Shown piece after piece: positions 40,465-49,085 of a DNA stretch of 64,000 nucleotides; position 1 is the first letter of the stretch, and each line of letters begins with the position of its first letter. Where the stretch lies: positions 186,001 to 250,000 of IMG/VR virus record IMGVR_UViG_3300027541_000009. One strand, written 5' to 3'. A model generated the notes under the pieces. It searched no databases. It worked only from the letters and a program-made list of their open reading frames with translations, and was not told the DNA's origin. Both the position numbers and the translations under genes were made by a program.

Positions 40465-40554
40465 TTAACTGTCCGCCAGCACCCTTTCCAAGCGTCAGGA
40501 AGGGTGCTATAATGTCTTTTAGATACCAAACCACCTGAAACTCTGTAATTCGTA

Positions 40555-41742
40555 ATGATTCCTCATCTGATCAATCTTCGTCCTCACCAAGAACGCGGAG
40601 TTGCTGCTATGCAACAGCATGATAAAGGTCAAGTCATTGTTCCTACTGGTGGTGGCAAGACTCTGAAGATGATCTATGATTGTCTGCGTGAGTTGCAGTC
40701 ACAAACTCCCCAGACCATTGTTGTTGTTGCTCCGCGTATTCTTCTGGCAGAGCAACTGTCTTCGGAGTTCCTGGAGTTTATCACTAACGCTGCTGTTTTC
40801 CATGTTCACAGTGGCGAAACTCATCACGAGTCTTCTACTCGCCCTCAAGAGATTCGCAACTGGGTTGATGCTAATGCCGACAATCATCGCCTGATTGTAA
40901 CCACCTACAACTCTCTGTCGCGTCTTCAAGTGGCAGAAGTTGATGTGGATACCATTTACTTTGACGAGGCACATAATTCTGTTCAGCGTCACTTTTTCCC
41001 TGCAACTGAGCACTTTGCTGCTAATGCACGCCGCTGCTACTTCTTCACTGCTACCAGGAAGACTTCGCTCACTCCTTCTAAACCTGGAATGAACGATCGT
41101 GATGTCTATGGAGATATTATTTGCCGCGTTTCTGCTCCTGAACTTGTTGATGGAGGATACATTATTGCTCCTAAGATTGTAGCGAAGAAGTTTGATGTAC
41201 TTGCACCAAAGCAGGTAACTGCTGAATGTGACAGTAGCAATCTGATGGACACTCTGGAGGATATTGATTGCAAGAAAATCCTGGTATGTGTTAAGTCTGC
41301 GAAGCAACTTATCAACCTGATGTCTCATACTGACTGTGCTTCCCAACTAAATCAGCGTGGTTATTCTTACCTCTACATCACCTCAAAAACTGGAGCGATT
41401 ATTGATGGTAAGAAAGTCAATCGTGAAGTATTCTTTGACACGCTCAATTCTTGGGGTCGTGACCCTAACAAGAAGTTTGTTTGCTTCCATCGCTCTATTT
41501 TGAGCGAAGGAATTAATGTCAGCGAACTAGAGGCGGTCGTCTTTCTTCGCAATATGGATGTGATTGAAATGACCCAAACTATTGGTCGGGTTCTTCGCCT
41601 TGGCGGCAAAGAAAAGGTCTTCGGTCTCTGTGTGGTGCCTGTATATTCCAAAGTTGGAGTATCTACAGAGCGAGCACTCCAGCGAGTTGTTGATGCTGTG
41701 TTTGAGAAGGGTGAGATGGTTGATAGTGTAGTGCGGCGGTGA
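40555..41742 (+). CDS. Superfamily 2 (DEAH; ResIII-like) helicase
   Basis: LRPHQ, PTGGGKT, VVAPRILL.EQ, FDEAH, FTAT, LSEGIN, QTIGRVLR. Confidence 0.9.
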   Translation: MIPHLINLRPHQERGVAAMQQHDKGQVIVPTGGGKTLKMIYDCLRELQSQTPQTIVVVAPRILLAEQLSSEFLEFITNAAVFHVHSGETHHESSTRPQEIRNWVDANADNHRLIVTTYNSLSRLQVAEVDVDTIYFDEAHNSVQRHFFPATEHFAANARRCYFFTATRKTSLTPSKPGMNDRDVYGDIICRVSAPELVDGGYIIAPKIVAKKFDVLAPKQVTAECDSSNLMDTLEDIDCKKILVCVKSAKQLINLMSHTDCASQLNQRGYSYLYITSKTGAIIDGKKVNREVFFDTLNSWGRDPNKKFVCFHRSILSEGINVSELEAVVFLRNMDVIEMTQTIGRVLRLGGKEKVFGLCVVPVYSKVGVSTERALQRVVDAVFEKGEMVDSVVRR

Positions 41743-41855
41743 GTCTCGCCTAAGAACCCAGTCACAGTCAGGGGTCAAAACCTGATTTTTCTTCAATTCT
41801 ACTGCAGCGGTGTCATAGGTCATCCACTGCAACCAAATTCCTGATTTTTACTAAA
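41743..41855. repeat. Copy 1 of duplicated ~110-bp intergenic element
   Basis: 38-bp identical core (41786-41823) with 47971-48008, similar flanks. Confidence 0.85.
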
Positions 41856-41869
41856 GTATAGATTTTACC

Positions 41870-42565
41870 ATGGATTTCGTTGAGTTCGTTCCTGCTTACA
41901 ACCGAATTAAAGCAAAAGGTTTCATAAAGTCTCATCGCAAAGGTGATACTGGAGTTGGTCATACTTTTGAACAAGAACTTGGTTTGACTGAGAATTGTAT
42001 CTCTGGTCCAGATATTGATGGAAAAGAGTTGAAAGCAGCAAGGAAAGGTGCTGGTGGAAAACAAACTCTCTTTACAAAGGAAGGTGAATGGCAGATACCT
42101 CAATTAAAGTTCCTAGAAACTTTTGGATTTCCTCACACAAAACACATTGGGGAATTGTCTGGACAATCTACTGTGACAAGAACCAAAAACAACAGAGGAT
42201 TTTGGATTCATACTGATGATGAATATGTTTCCATAAAGCACGAAGAACTGGAGATTGTTAGGTGGGATTGGGATTCACTTATTAAACAGTTTGCTCACAA
42301 ATTTCCATCTTGTGTTAAAGTATTTGCCGATGTTGAAGTTCGTAATGGTATAGAGTATTTTCACTACAATGAAGCGTATGTCTACATTTCTATTGATAAA
42401 AATCTGTTTCGTAAGGCAATCGAAGATGATGTAATTTCTATTGACTTACGACTGAGAACCCAGTATAATGTTGGCACTGGTAAGGGTGTTCGCAATCGTG
42501 GCACTTGCTTTCGTATAAATCACTCAAATATGGATAAATTGTTTGTAAAAGAGGTTCTTGAATGA
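41870..42565 (+). CDS. MvaI/BcnI-family restriction endonuclease
   Basis: GDTGVGHTFEQELGL.EN....PD..G.ELKA..TLFTK and C-terminal IDLR....RNRGT.FRI. Confidence 0.8.
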   Translation: MDFVEFVPAYNRIKAKGFIKSHRKGDTGVGHTFEQELGLTENCISGPDIDGKELKAARKGAGGKQTLFTKEGEWQIPQLKFLETFGFPHTKHIGELSGQSTVTRTKNNRGFWIHTDDEYVSIKHEELEIVRWDWDSLIKQFAHKFPSCVKVFADVEVRNGIEYFHYNEAYVYISIDKNLFRKAIEDDVISIDLRLRTQYNVGTGKGVRNRGTCFRINHSNMDKLFVKEVLE

Positions 42566-43425
42566 AGGATGTTATTCTTTATGGTGACTGCCGCTCAACT
42601 CTTAAACATTTTGTAGACGCTGGTGTAAAAGCACAAATGTGTGTGACCTCTCCACCATACTACGGTCTGCGTGATTACGGTAACGAAGATAATCAAATTG
42701 GTTTAGAAGAGTCGCCTGAAGAGTTTATCTCCCAACTGGTAGAGGTGTTTCGCGGTGTGCGTGATGTTCTTACAGATGATGGCACATTGTGGGTTAACAT
42801 TGGTGATTCTTATTACAACTATCGTTCTGGTAAAGGTCAGACACTACCTAAGCAATCTGTGGCATCTAACAACCAAGATTTGCCACAAATACGAAATCCT
42901 AGAAGAGGAAATAAACTTGAGGGTCTAAAGGATAAAGATTTGATTGGTATTCCTTGGATGCTAGCATTTGCTTTGCGTGCAGATGGTTGGTATCTACGAC
43001 AGGATATTATTTGGAGCAAACCAAATCCAATGCCCGAAAGTATGAAAGATCGATGTACCAAATCTCACGAATATATCTTCCTCTTATCTAAGAGCAAGAA
43101 CTATTATTTTGATGTTGATTCGATTAAAGAACCCACTGTAGATGGCAAGGAATTAAAACGGAAACGTAGTGTATGGGAAGTAACAACTAAACCATACAAA
43201 GGTTCTCACTTTGCAGTTTATCCTCCAGAACTTATTGAACCTTGTATTATTGCTGGTTCTCGTGAAGGTGACACTATTCTTGACCCATTTATGGGTAGTG
43301 GGACTACTGCTGCTGTTGCCAAATCTTTGGGAAGGAATTATGTTGGATGCGAACTTCACGAGGAGTATGGTAAATTGATTGAAAAGAGAGTTAGTGAAAC
43401 TGTTGGTCTTACCAAGTTTATGTAA
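42562..43425 (+). CDS. N4-cytosine/N6-adenine DNA methyltransferase (beta class)
   Basis: VTSPPY catalytic motif before DPFMGSGTT SAM motif; ATGA overlap with the endonuclease. Confidence 0.92.
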   Translation: MKDVILYGDCRSTLKHFVDAGVKAQMCVTSPPYYGLRDYGNEDNQIGLEESPEEFISQLVEVFRGVRDVLTDDGTLWVNIGDSYYNYRSGKGQTLPKQSVASNNQDLPQIRNPRRGNKLEGLKDKDLIGIPWMLAFALRADGWYLRQDIIWSKPNPMPESMKDRCTKSHEYIFLLSKSKNYYFDVDSIKEPTVDGKELKRKRSVWEVTTKPYKGSHFAVYPPELIEPCIIAGSREGDTILDPFMGSGTTAAVAKSLGRNYVGCELHEEYGKLIEKRVSETVGLTKFM

Positions 43426-43427
43426 CG

Positions 43428-43607
43428 ATGAAAGAAGGATTTACAATGTTCAAGGATACATATGCTGCAATTCCGTTTGGGAATCAGTATCTTATCATTC
43501 ACAATGGTCAGCAACTTGAGAAAGTTTGTAGGACCGAAAGTTCTGCGCGAAAGTATATCACAGACCACAAAAAAGGTAAGTCAATGGCAAAACTTCCAGT
43601 GAATTAA
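43428..43607 (+). CDS. Hypothetical protein (59 aa)
   Basis: Read manually; stop abuts repeat copy 4. Confidence 0.6.
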   Translation: MKEGFTMFKDTYAAIPFGNQYLIIHNGQQLEKVCRTESSARKYITDHKKGKSMAKLPVN

Positions 43608-43654
43608 ACTTGGATCCTCTAAAGTGTACCTATAGTGTAAGACGCATTTACCCT

Positions 43655-43897
43655 ATGCCTCGCGCTCGCAAGCAAACTGCTAATGTCTCTGTTGCTCCCG
43701 AAGTGTCCGTCCCACAGGTACTGATTACTCGTGAACAATACTTCCAAGACATTCAGGTTCGCTGGCAAATCCATCAGTATGAAGTCAACAAACTTCGTGA
43801 AGATGTGGTGAAGTTCACTCAAACTGTTTCGCCTTATGTGAAGCAAGTATTGAACTTTATTGAACAACAAATATCTGCCCGTCGTGTGGCAGTATAA
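43655..43897 (+). CDS. Hypothetical protein
   Basis: After repeat copy 4. Confidence 0.65.
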   Translation: MPRARKQTANVSVAPEVSVPQVLITREQYFQDIQVRWQIHQYEVNKLREDVVKFTQTVSPYVKQVLNFIEQQISARRVAV

Positions 43898-43965
43898 AAA
43901 CTGACACAGGAGCACTTGCAATTTAGCAAGTGCTCCTTTATTGTACCTTTGTTCGTAAAACTTCA

Positions 43966-44169
43966 ATGATTTTCCTCACTGTTCCTGGTCACGGTTGCGT
44001 CTATACTCTGTCGCAAGAAGATGGAGATGAGTTATATTATTCTCCCATTATGCAAAATGGCACTGTAGATCTTGAAGCGTTTGCTCCCGTAGGTCTTGAT
44101 GATGTAGATATGGATGAAATGGAACTCTTTGATATTCGCAATCGTCTTGCTAAACTGATGCAAGTTTGA
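43966..44169 (+). CDS. Hypothetical protein
   Basis: After class-2 promoter. Confidence 0.6.
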   Translation: MIFLTVPGHGCVYTLSQEDGDELYYSPIMQNGTVDLEAFAPVGLDDVDMDEMELFDIRNRLAKLMQV

Positions 44170-44207
44170 TTGATTGAAACTTGGATCCTCGAAAGTGTAC
44201 CTATAGT

Positions 44208-45125
44208 ATGAGTAAGCAACCAATGCAAAATAAGCACCTTGAGCACCCTGAAGATGAAATCCTGACGGGTAATCTATCTGTTCTTGATTGGTTCTCTGAG
44301 GTTGATAGTTTTATCAGCGTCAAGATGGATGGTGCTCCTGCTATTGTTTGGGGCACTAATCCTGAGAATGGTAAGTTTTTTGTCTGCACCAAAGCAGCAT
44401 TTAACAAGCAAAAGATTCGCCTTTGCTATAACGAAGATGACATCTTTACTCATTTTGGTGGACAACCAAGGGTAGCACAAATCCTCATCTTCTGTCTGGA
44501 TTATCTTCCTCGCACTAACAATGTGTATCAGGGAGATTGGATTGGTTTCGGTAAAGGGTTGGATACATTCACGCCCAACACGATTACCTATCGTTTTCCT
44601 GAAGTTGTGCGTCAAGAGATTATCGTTGCTCCACATACTTACTACACTGGTGAGCGTCTGCCTGAAATGGTAGCACATCCTATCACTAGCAAGTTTGCAA
44701 GCACAAAGAAATGTTTGTTTGTGCAACCTGCTGTGTCGCTGAATCCTTATCGTGAAGATTTGGAGGATGTGTGTAACTTTGCTAAACAAATGAGCACTCT
44801 GTGTGAGTTTGTGAGCGACAAGAAAGCATCACAAATCAAAAAAGAGATTAACGCTTGCATCCGAGAGCAACGCACCATCCGTGAGGATGAAATTGCAGAA
44901 AAATGCGATTGTGACATCAACCTCATCAGATTGTGGAAGTTGGTGAAGTCTATCAAGGATGATTTGTTCCTGTTCATTCATGAAGAGGATGACATTGAAT
45001 GTTTCCTCTGGGATGTTGCAGGTTTCCACGAGGGTTATGTCATTCATAACAAGTTTGGGTCTTACAAAGTAGTTGATCGTGAGGTATTCTCTCATGCCAA
45101 CTTCACAATCGCAAAGAGTTGGTAA
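44208..45125 (+). CDS. KxDG-motif (ligase/nucleotidyltransferase-like) phage protein
   Basis: N.HLEHPED, SVKMDGAPAIVWG, YQGD, EGYV, YKVVDR..FS..NF; resembles covalent nucleotidyltransferase motifs I, IV and V. Confidence 0.6.
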   Translation: MSKQPMQNKHLEHPEDEILTGNLSVLDWFSEVDSFISVKMDGAPAIVWGTNPENGKFFVCTKAAFNKQKIRLCYNEDDIFTHFGGQPRVAQILIFCLDYLPRTNNVYQGDWIGFGKGLDTFTPNTITYRFPEVVRQEIIVAPHTYYTGERLPEMVAHPITSKFASTKKCLFVQPAVSLNPYREDLEDVCNFAKQMSTLCEFVSDKKASQIKKEINACIREQRTIREDEIAEKCDCDINLIRLWKLVKSIKDDLFLFIHEEDDIECFLWDVAGFHEGYVIHNKFGSYKVVDREVFSHANFTIAKSW

Positions 45126-45153
45126 CTTGGATCCTCGAAAGTGTACCTATAGT

Positions 45154-45585
45154 ATGAGCACTCCTACGATGCAAGCACAAGCACAACAAACTATTGCAGA
45201 GAATGTGTATAAGAACACTCTGCTGCTGATTGAAGCACTGAAAGACAACTATCGTCAGTATTCTATTCGCGGTCACCAAAAGTTCGTGAATGATGCTGAT
45301 AATCAAGAGTATCATCAGCGCAAGATTGATGAACTCAAGTCTGGCAAGTGTGACATTGATTATACTGTTGAGACTGGCAAAAAGTATCACAAAGTCATTC
45401 TGGTGAATGGTGGTGGATCGAGATCGGTTCACTGTTTTATCGACAAGCAAAATGGAGGCGTTTTCAAGTCAGCGTCGTGGCGTAGTCCTGCAAAGGGTGA
45501 GCGATACAATCTCTTGTTAATTAAGGACCGTGAATGGTTGTTTGAGAACGCAGATTGGTCGTCCGGATATCTTTACAAAAGGTGA
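45154..45585 (+). CDS. Hypothetical protein (GKKY.K..SVHCFID..G.V.K.ASW..PAK family)
   Basis: ATG supplied by repeat copy 6. Confidence 0.75.
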   Translation: MSTPTMQAQAQQTIAENVYKNTLLLIEALKDNYRQYSIRGHQKFVNDADNQEYHQRKIDELKSGKCDIDYTVETGKKYHKVILVNGGGSRSVHCFIDKQNGGVFKSASWRSPAKGERYNLLLIKDREWLFENADWSSGYLYKR

Positions 45586-46074
45586 TTATTGCAAATAGTA
45601 ACCTTTGGACTTTTTCCCTTTATAAAGGTCTCCCCTATCAATTTTATGTTCTCTACAAAACTTTCCAAGATTAAAAACTTCTACTATTTCTCCAGTTGGT
45701 GTTACTAACCGATGAACTTTTGCTAATGCCAACTCCGTGTTTTTTTGATTACTGCACCACTCAAGATTACTGACATTGTTGTTTGTTTTTACGCCATCAA
45801 TGTGATTAACTTGAGGGAGATTATTTGGATTTGGAATGTAAGTTTCTGCGACCAAACGATGAACTTTTTTTAACTTCTGTCCTTCTTCCGTTTTAATCCA
45901 AACAGTCAAGTATCCCTTGCAATGATTATTAAATCTTCTTTTTTTTGGTTCTTTATCCAATACTACTCCCCACCCATCTCTTCCACGATTGCGCCAGTAT
46001 GACCAAACTTCACCGTTTTCTGTGATAAAATAACCTTTATGTTCTGGGTGTTCTTTCATCTTTAATACCTGCAT
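45586..46074 (-). CDS. HNH homing endonuclease
   Basis: VHRLVAETYIPNPNNLPQVNHIDGVKTNNNVSNLEW; minus-strand TATAAATA at about 46085-46092. Confidence 0.9.
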   Translation of the reverse strand: MQVLKMKEHPEHKGYFITENGEVWSYWRNRGRDGWGVVLDKEPKKRRFNNHCKGYLTVWIKTEEGQKLKKVHRLVAETYIPNPNNLPQVNHIDGVKTNNNVSNLEWCSNQKNTELALAKVHRLVTPTGEIVEVFNLGKFCREHKIDRGDLYKGKKSKGYYLQ

Positions 46075-46109
46075 ACTGTGTTATTATTTATAACCTATCT
46101 GTACGCAAA

Positions 46110-46334
46110 ATGAACTACCTTTGTTTTGTTGATGGTTTGCTAGAATACGCTAGTTCAGACCCTTCTTCTTTCGCTCACTATCAGTTAGTGTATGCTGAAG
46201 AGCACAAAAATGCTAATGTTCAGTATCTTACTCTGACTGACGAAGAGTATGACGAAATGTTCCCTTATGAGGAGGATGAACAACCTTACCTTGATGGTTG
46301 GGAAGATTCGATTTTTGATGGAAATGAAGAATGA
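46110..46334 (+). CDS. Hypothetical acidic protein
   Basis: 74 aa. Confidence 0.65.
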   Translation: MNYLCFVDGLLEYASSDPSSFAHYQLVYAEEHKNANVQYLTLTDEEYDEMFPYEEDEQPYLDGWEDSIFDGNEE

Positions 46335-46588
46335 GCACAATCCCTGACACTGAAATGACTTATGATGAACAAATCAAAGAAATGACTGTCACAAAGTCTC
46401 TCAAACTTTTGCGTGATGGGTTCAAGAACGAACTTGCCACTGCTCTATTCGCAGATGAGCGCACAACTGAACTCTTTGCCCAACTGATTAGTGAGTTTGT
46501 AGAGACAAACATTCCTGTGGTTGATGATGAGAACCAGATGGAACTTTCTATGATGCTGTTGGAAACTCTTGACATTGTAGCACGATGA
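46331..46588 (+). CDS. Hypothetical protein
   Basis: ATGA-coupled. Confidence 0.65.
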   Translation: MSTIPDTEMTYDEQIKEMTVTKSLKLLRDGFKNELATALFADERTTELFAQLISEFVETNIPVVDDENQMELSMMLLETLDIVAR

Positions 46589-46839
46589 CTTACTCTAACC
46601 TTTCAAAGATTCGCCCCAAACTTCGCACACAAGGAAACATTACAGGCAACTTCGGAAAACCCAAATCTAAGGGAGGTTCTACACTCAATGACATCGGTGG
46701 TAATGGTAACATAGGTGCGACACAGAATGAATACTTGAATCGTCTCTATTATGCTTTTGATAACACTACCGACTCTAAACTTCGTCACTTCATTTATACT
46801 GAAATCAAAAAGATTCTCATTCAACAAGGAAAGTGGTGA
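46585..46839 (+). CDS. Hypothetical protein
   Basis: ATGA-coupled. Confidence 0.7.
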   Translation: MTYSNLSKIRPKLRTQGNITGNFGKPKSKGGSTLNDIGGNGNIGATQNEYLNRLYYAFDNTTDSKLRHFIYTEIKKILIQQGKW

Positions 46840-46877
46840 GTGATTCTTACTTGGATCCTCTAAAGTGTACCTATAGT

Positions 46878-47120
46878 ATGAGCACAACCACTGAAATGGA
46901 TCAAGTCTTTCACTATGTCACCAACTGGAAAGAAGGTAAGGTGATGCAAATGTTCATTCAACAAATCACCCCTGAGTATCAAGAATGTGACCACAAATAT
47001 GTTGCTATTGCTCTCAATCCTGTAACTAACAAGAGCATGGTAATGTCTAATCCTCGCAGTCATTATGATACTCTCCAGTGGGTTCGTAAGTTCTGTGGTT
47101 CTTTCTCTCTTCTGTACTGA
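46878..47120 (+). CDS. Hypothetical protein
   Basis: ATG supplied by repeat copy 7. Confidence 0.65.
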   Translation: MSTTTEMDQVFHYVTNWKEGKVMQMFIQQITPEYQECDHKYVAIALNPVTNKSMVMSNPRSHYDTLQWVRKFCGSFSLLY

Positions 47121-47292
47121 TTATGAACAACTATCGACTCTTGATTGAGTATAAAGTCCCCAACAGTGCAGAGACTTACTATGAAGAAAGGTTCATCAAG
47201 TCTCGTTCATCTTGTGGTAAAATCGCTGATGATTACCTAGCACAAGACCGCACAAATCTTATCCGCTCTGTTGAAGTTACCCCTGTTTAATT

Positions 47293-47562
47293 ATGTACCG
47301 CACTCTTTCTGAACTTCGTGACTCTATCAACCAAATGATTGAGAGTCAAGGTGAGAACGCTCCCTGTGCTGCGTTTGTATTCACTCAACACGATGTCGTT
47401 GAGTTTGATGGTGAGGACAATCAAGAGAAGTATTTTTCTTCTCTTTTCACTCAAGATGTGCTCGCTGATGTAGGCGGTTCCGACTACATTTACGAACAGA
47501 TTGGTGAGGTGATTGATGATTCAATCCGTGACCGTAAGCAAATGTCCATCTACGCTAACTGA
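47293..47562 (+). CDS. Hypothetical protein
   Basis: 89 aa. Confidence 0.7.
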   Translation: MYRTLSELRDSINQMIESQGENAPCAAFVFTQHDVVEFDGEDNQEKYFSSLFTQDVLADVGGSDYIYEQIGEVIDDSIRDRKQMSIYAN

Positions 47563-47722
47563 TTATGACTAACAAAACACAACTTTTTGAGTTTCTGTAT
47601 GAAACTTGCAAAAAGAATAATGGTGTCTTAGAAGATACTTTGCGTAACTACATTGACTCCTTAGATGAGGTGGAACTTTGCGAACTTGAGGATTTTCTTG
47701 TCAACAACTTTGGAGATGATTG

Positions 47723-47917
47723 ATGACTGACGGTTACACTTTCAATCGCGTTAATTTTACTCCTAATGAGGAAAGTTGTATTCTTAAGTTTCTCAATCAA
47801 GCACGAGAATGTGGGTATCCTAGTGCAAACGAAGAATGGTATCCTGTGATCGATTCTATCTTCCAAAAATTCTTTAACTCTAACTTGAAAGAGGCACAAG
47901 AGTGGCAAACCCTGTGA
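47723..47917 (+). CDS. Hypothetical protein
   Basis: TGATG-coupled. Confidence 0.6.
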   Translation: MTDGYTFNRVNFTPNEESCILKFLNQARECGYPSANEEWYPVIDSIFQKFFNSNLKEAQEWQTL

Positions 47918-47928
47918 TTCTCACTTGT

Positions 47929-48041
47929 GTCTCACTGAGAACCCAGTCCACCACTGAAGCAAAAACCTGTTTTTTCTTCAATTCTACTGCAGCGGTGTCA
48001 TAGGTCATTCACTGCAGGGAAATCCTCAATTTTTTCTAAAA
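47929..48041. repeat. Copy 2 of duplicated ~110-bp intergenic element
   Basis: See copy 1 at 41743. Confidence 0.85.
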
Positions 48042-48054
48042 TACAAACAAACAC

Positions 48055-48198
48055 ATGAAGTACATCGTTGAACTCTACGTTGGTGGCAAAGTCTTCAAAG
48101 AAGAAGTGCAAGCAACCAACCCAAAAGATGCCCGTGAGACTGCACTGGCACGAAATCCTCACGCAAAAGTTGTTGCGGTCAATGTAAGTTTTCGTTGA
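48055..48198 (+). CDS. Hypothetical protein (MKYIVELYVGGKVF..A.NP.A family)
   Basis: 47 aa, read manually; its TGA lies in the left extension of repeat copy 8. Confidence 0.65.
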   Translation: MKYIVELYVGGKVFKEEVQATNPKDARETALARNPHAKVVAVNVSFR

Positions 48199-48232
48199 TT
48201 CTAACTTGGATCCTCTAAAGTGTACCTATAGT

Positions 48233-48403
48233 ATGAGCAACACTTTCACCGTCCGTTTCGTATCCGATGCTCTGGATTCTCCCGAGTATATTGGACCTTT
48301 CTACACTGAAGATGACGCCCAAGACTATTGCGATGCCCGCAACGGTTCGCTATCACTTTCTGGGATTCCTTCCTGGGTTGCCTGTTACTCTGTCGTTGAC
48401 TGA
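48233..48403 (+). CDS. Hypothetical protein (YIGPF motif)
   Basis: Only in-frame ATG is at the repeat's right edge. Confidence 0.6.
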   Translation: MSNTFTVRFVSDALDSPEYIGPFYTEDDAQDYCDARNGSLSLSGIPSWVACYSVVD

Positions 48404-48540
48404 TTAGTAATGCGAATTGCTTTCCTGATTGCTACTATTGCACTTGGTTTTAAAGTTGCAATTCCTGCTTATGCGACGGTGAATGAGTATCAAGAACGCC
48501 AAGCAGATCAGTTCTGCCAAATTGACCCTAACTACTGCAA

Positions 48541-48783
48541 ATGATGCAATTCCAAGTTACTGAAATCGCTTTTGATTTTGATGATGAATGTCCGTATTGT
48601 GGCGAGAATCAATCTCCAGAACACGATGCAGAATGTGATGGATTCTTGGAGTTTGATTATGCCACTCAAGCAACAATCGGTCAAATCTGGGAGGCAGATG
48701 ATGAAGAAGATTTAGTAGAAGAGATTACAACTGCCTACGGTTGGTGTATCAAATCCATTGATTATCGCCACATCTTGAAATGA
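48541..48783 (+). CDS. Hypothetical protein (WEADDEEDLVEEIT..GWCI)
   Basis: 80 aa. Confidence 0.65.
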   Translation: MMQFQVTEIAFDFDDECPYCGENQSPEHDAECDGFLEFDYATQATIGQIWEADDEEDLVEEITTAYGWCIKSIDYRHILK

Positions 48784-48809
48784 TTTCCCTCCCTAACTTC
48801 ACAAACAAA

Positions 48810-49034
48810 ATGACACTTACTCAAGACCAATACGATAAACTGCTTGCACTCTACATTGAGTCGATTGTTGATGGTATGGACCTCGACAGTTTGGTACAAT
48901 TTGCAAGCGATACGATTGAAGAGAATCTCCGCGAAACTTGCTCACTTCCAGAAGAGTTAATCGAAGAGATTTCACGACTCTATGATGAGGATTATGTGAA
49001 CGATTTGGTGGAAAGTGTAACACAAGAAAGTTGA
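48810..49034 (+). CDS. Hypothetical protein (IVDGMD..L)
   Basis: Acidic; stop lies in repeat extension. Confidence 0.65.
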   Translation: MTLTQDQYDKLLALYIESIVDGMDLDSLVQFASDTIEENLRETCSLPEELIEEISRLYDEDYVNDLVESVTQES

Positions 49035-49085
49035 TAGCAACTTGGATCCTCTAAAGTGTACCTATAGTATCACCGCAATTCCACA

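Larger units (their letters stand above)
16809..43944 (+). promoter_or_regulatory. Dispersed class-2 early promoters (dyad GRCAST-N6-ACTGKC + hairpin + -10), 7 copies
   Basis: Copies at about 16809-16864, 19987-20042, 25531-25587, 27054-27110, 39351-39406, 40456-40513, 43888-43944; -10 hexamer 32-34 nt after the dyad in each. Confidence 0.7.

Noticed and set aside
40699-41765. Long minus-strand ORFs opposite the helicase
   Set aside because: The plus-strand frame has a full SF2 motif set; the antisense frames have no recognisable features.
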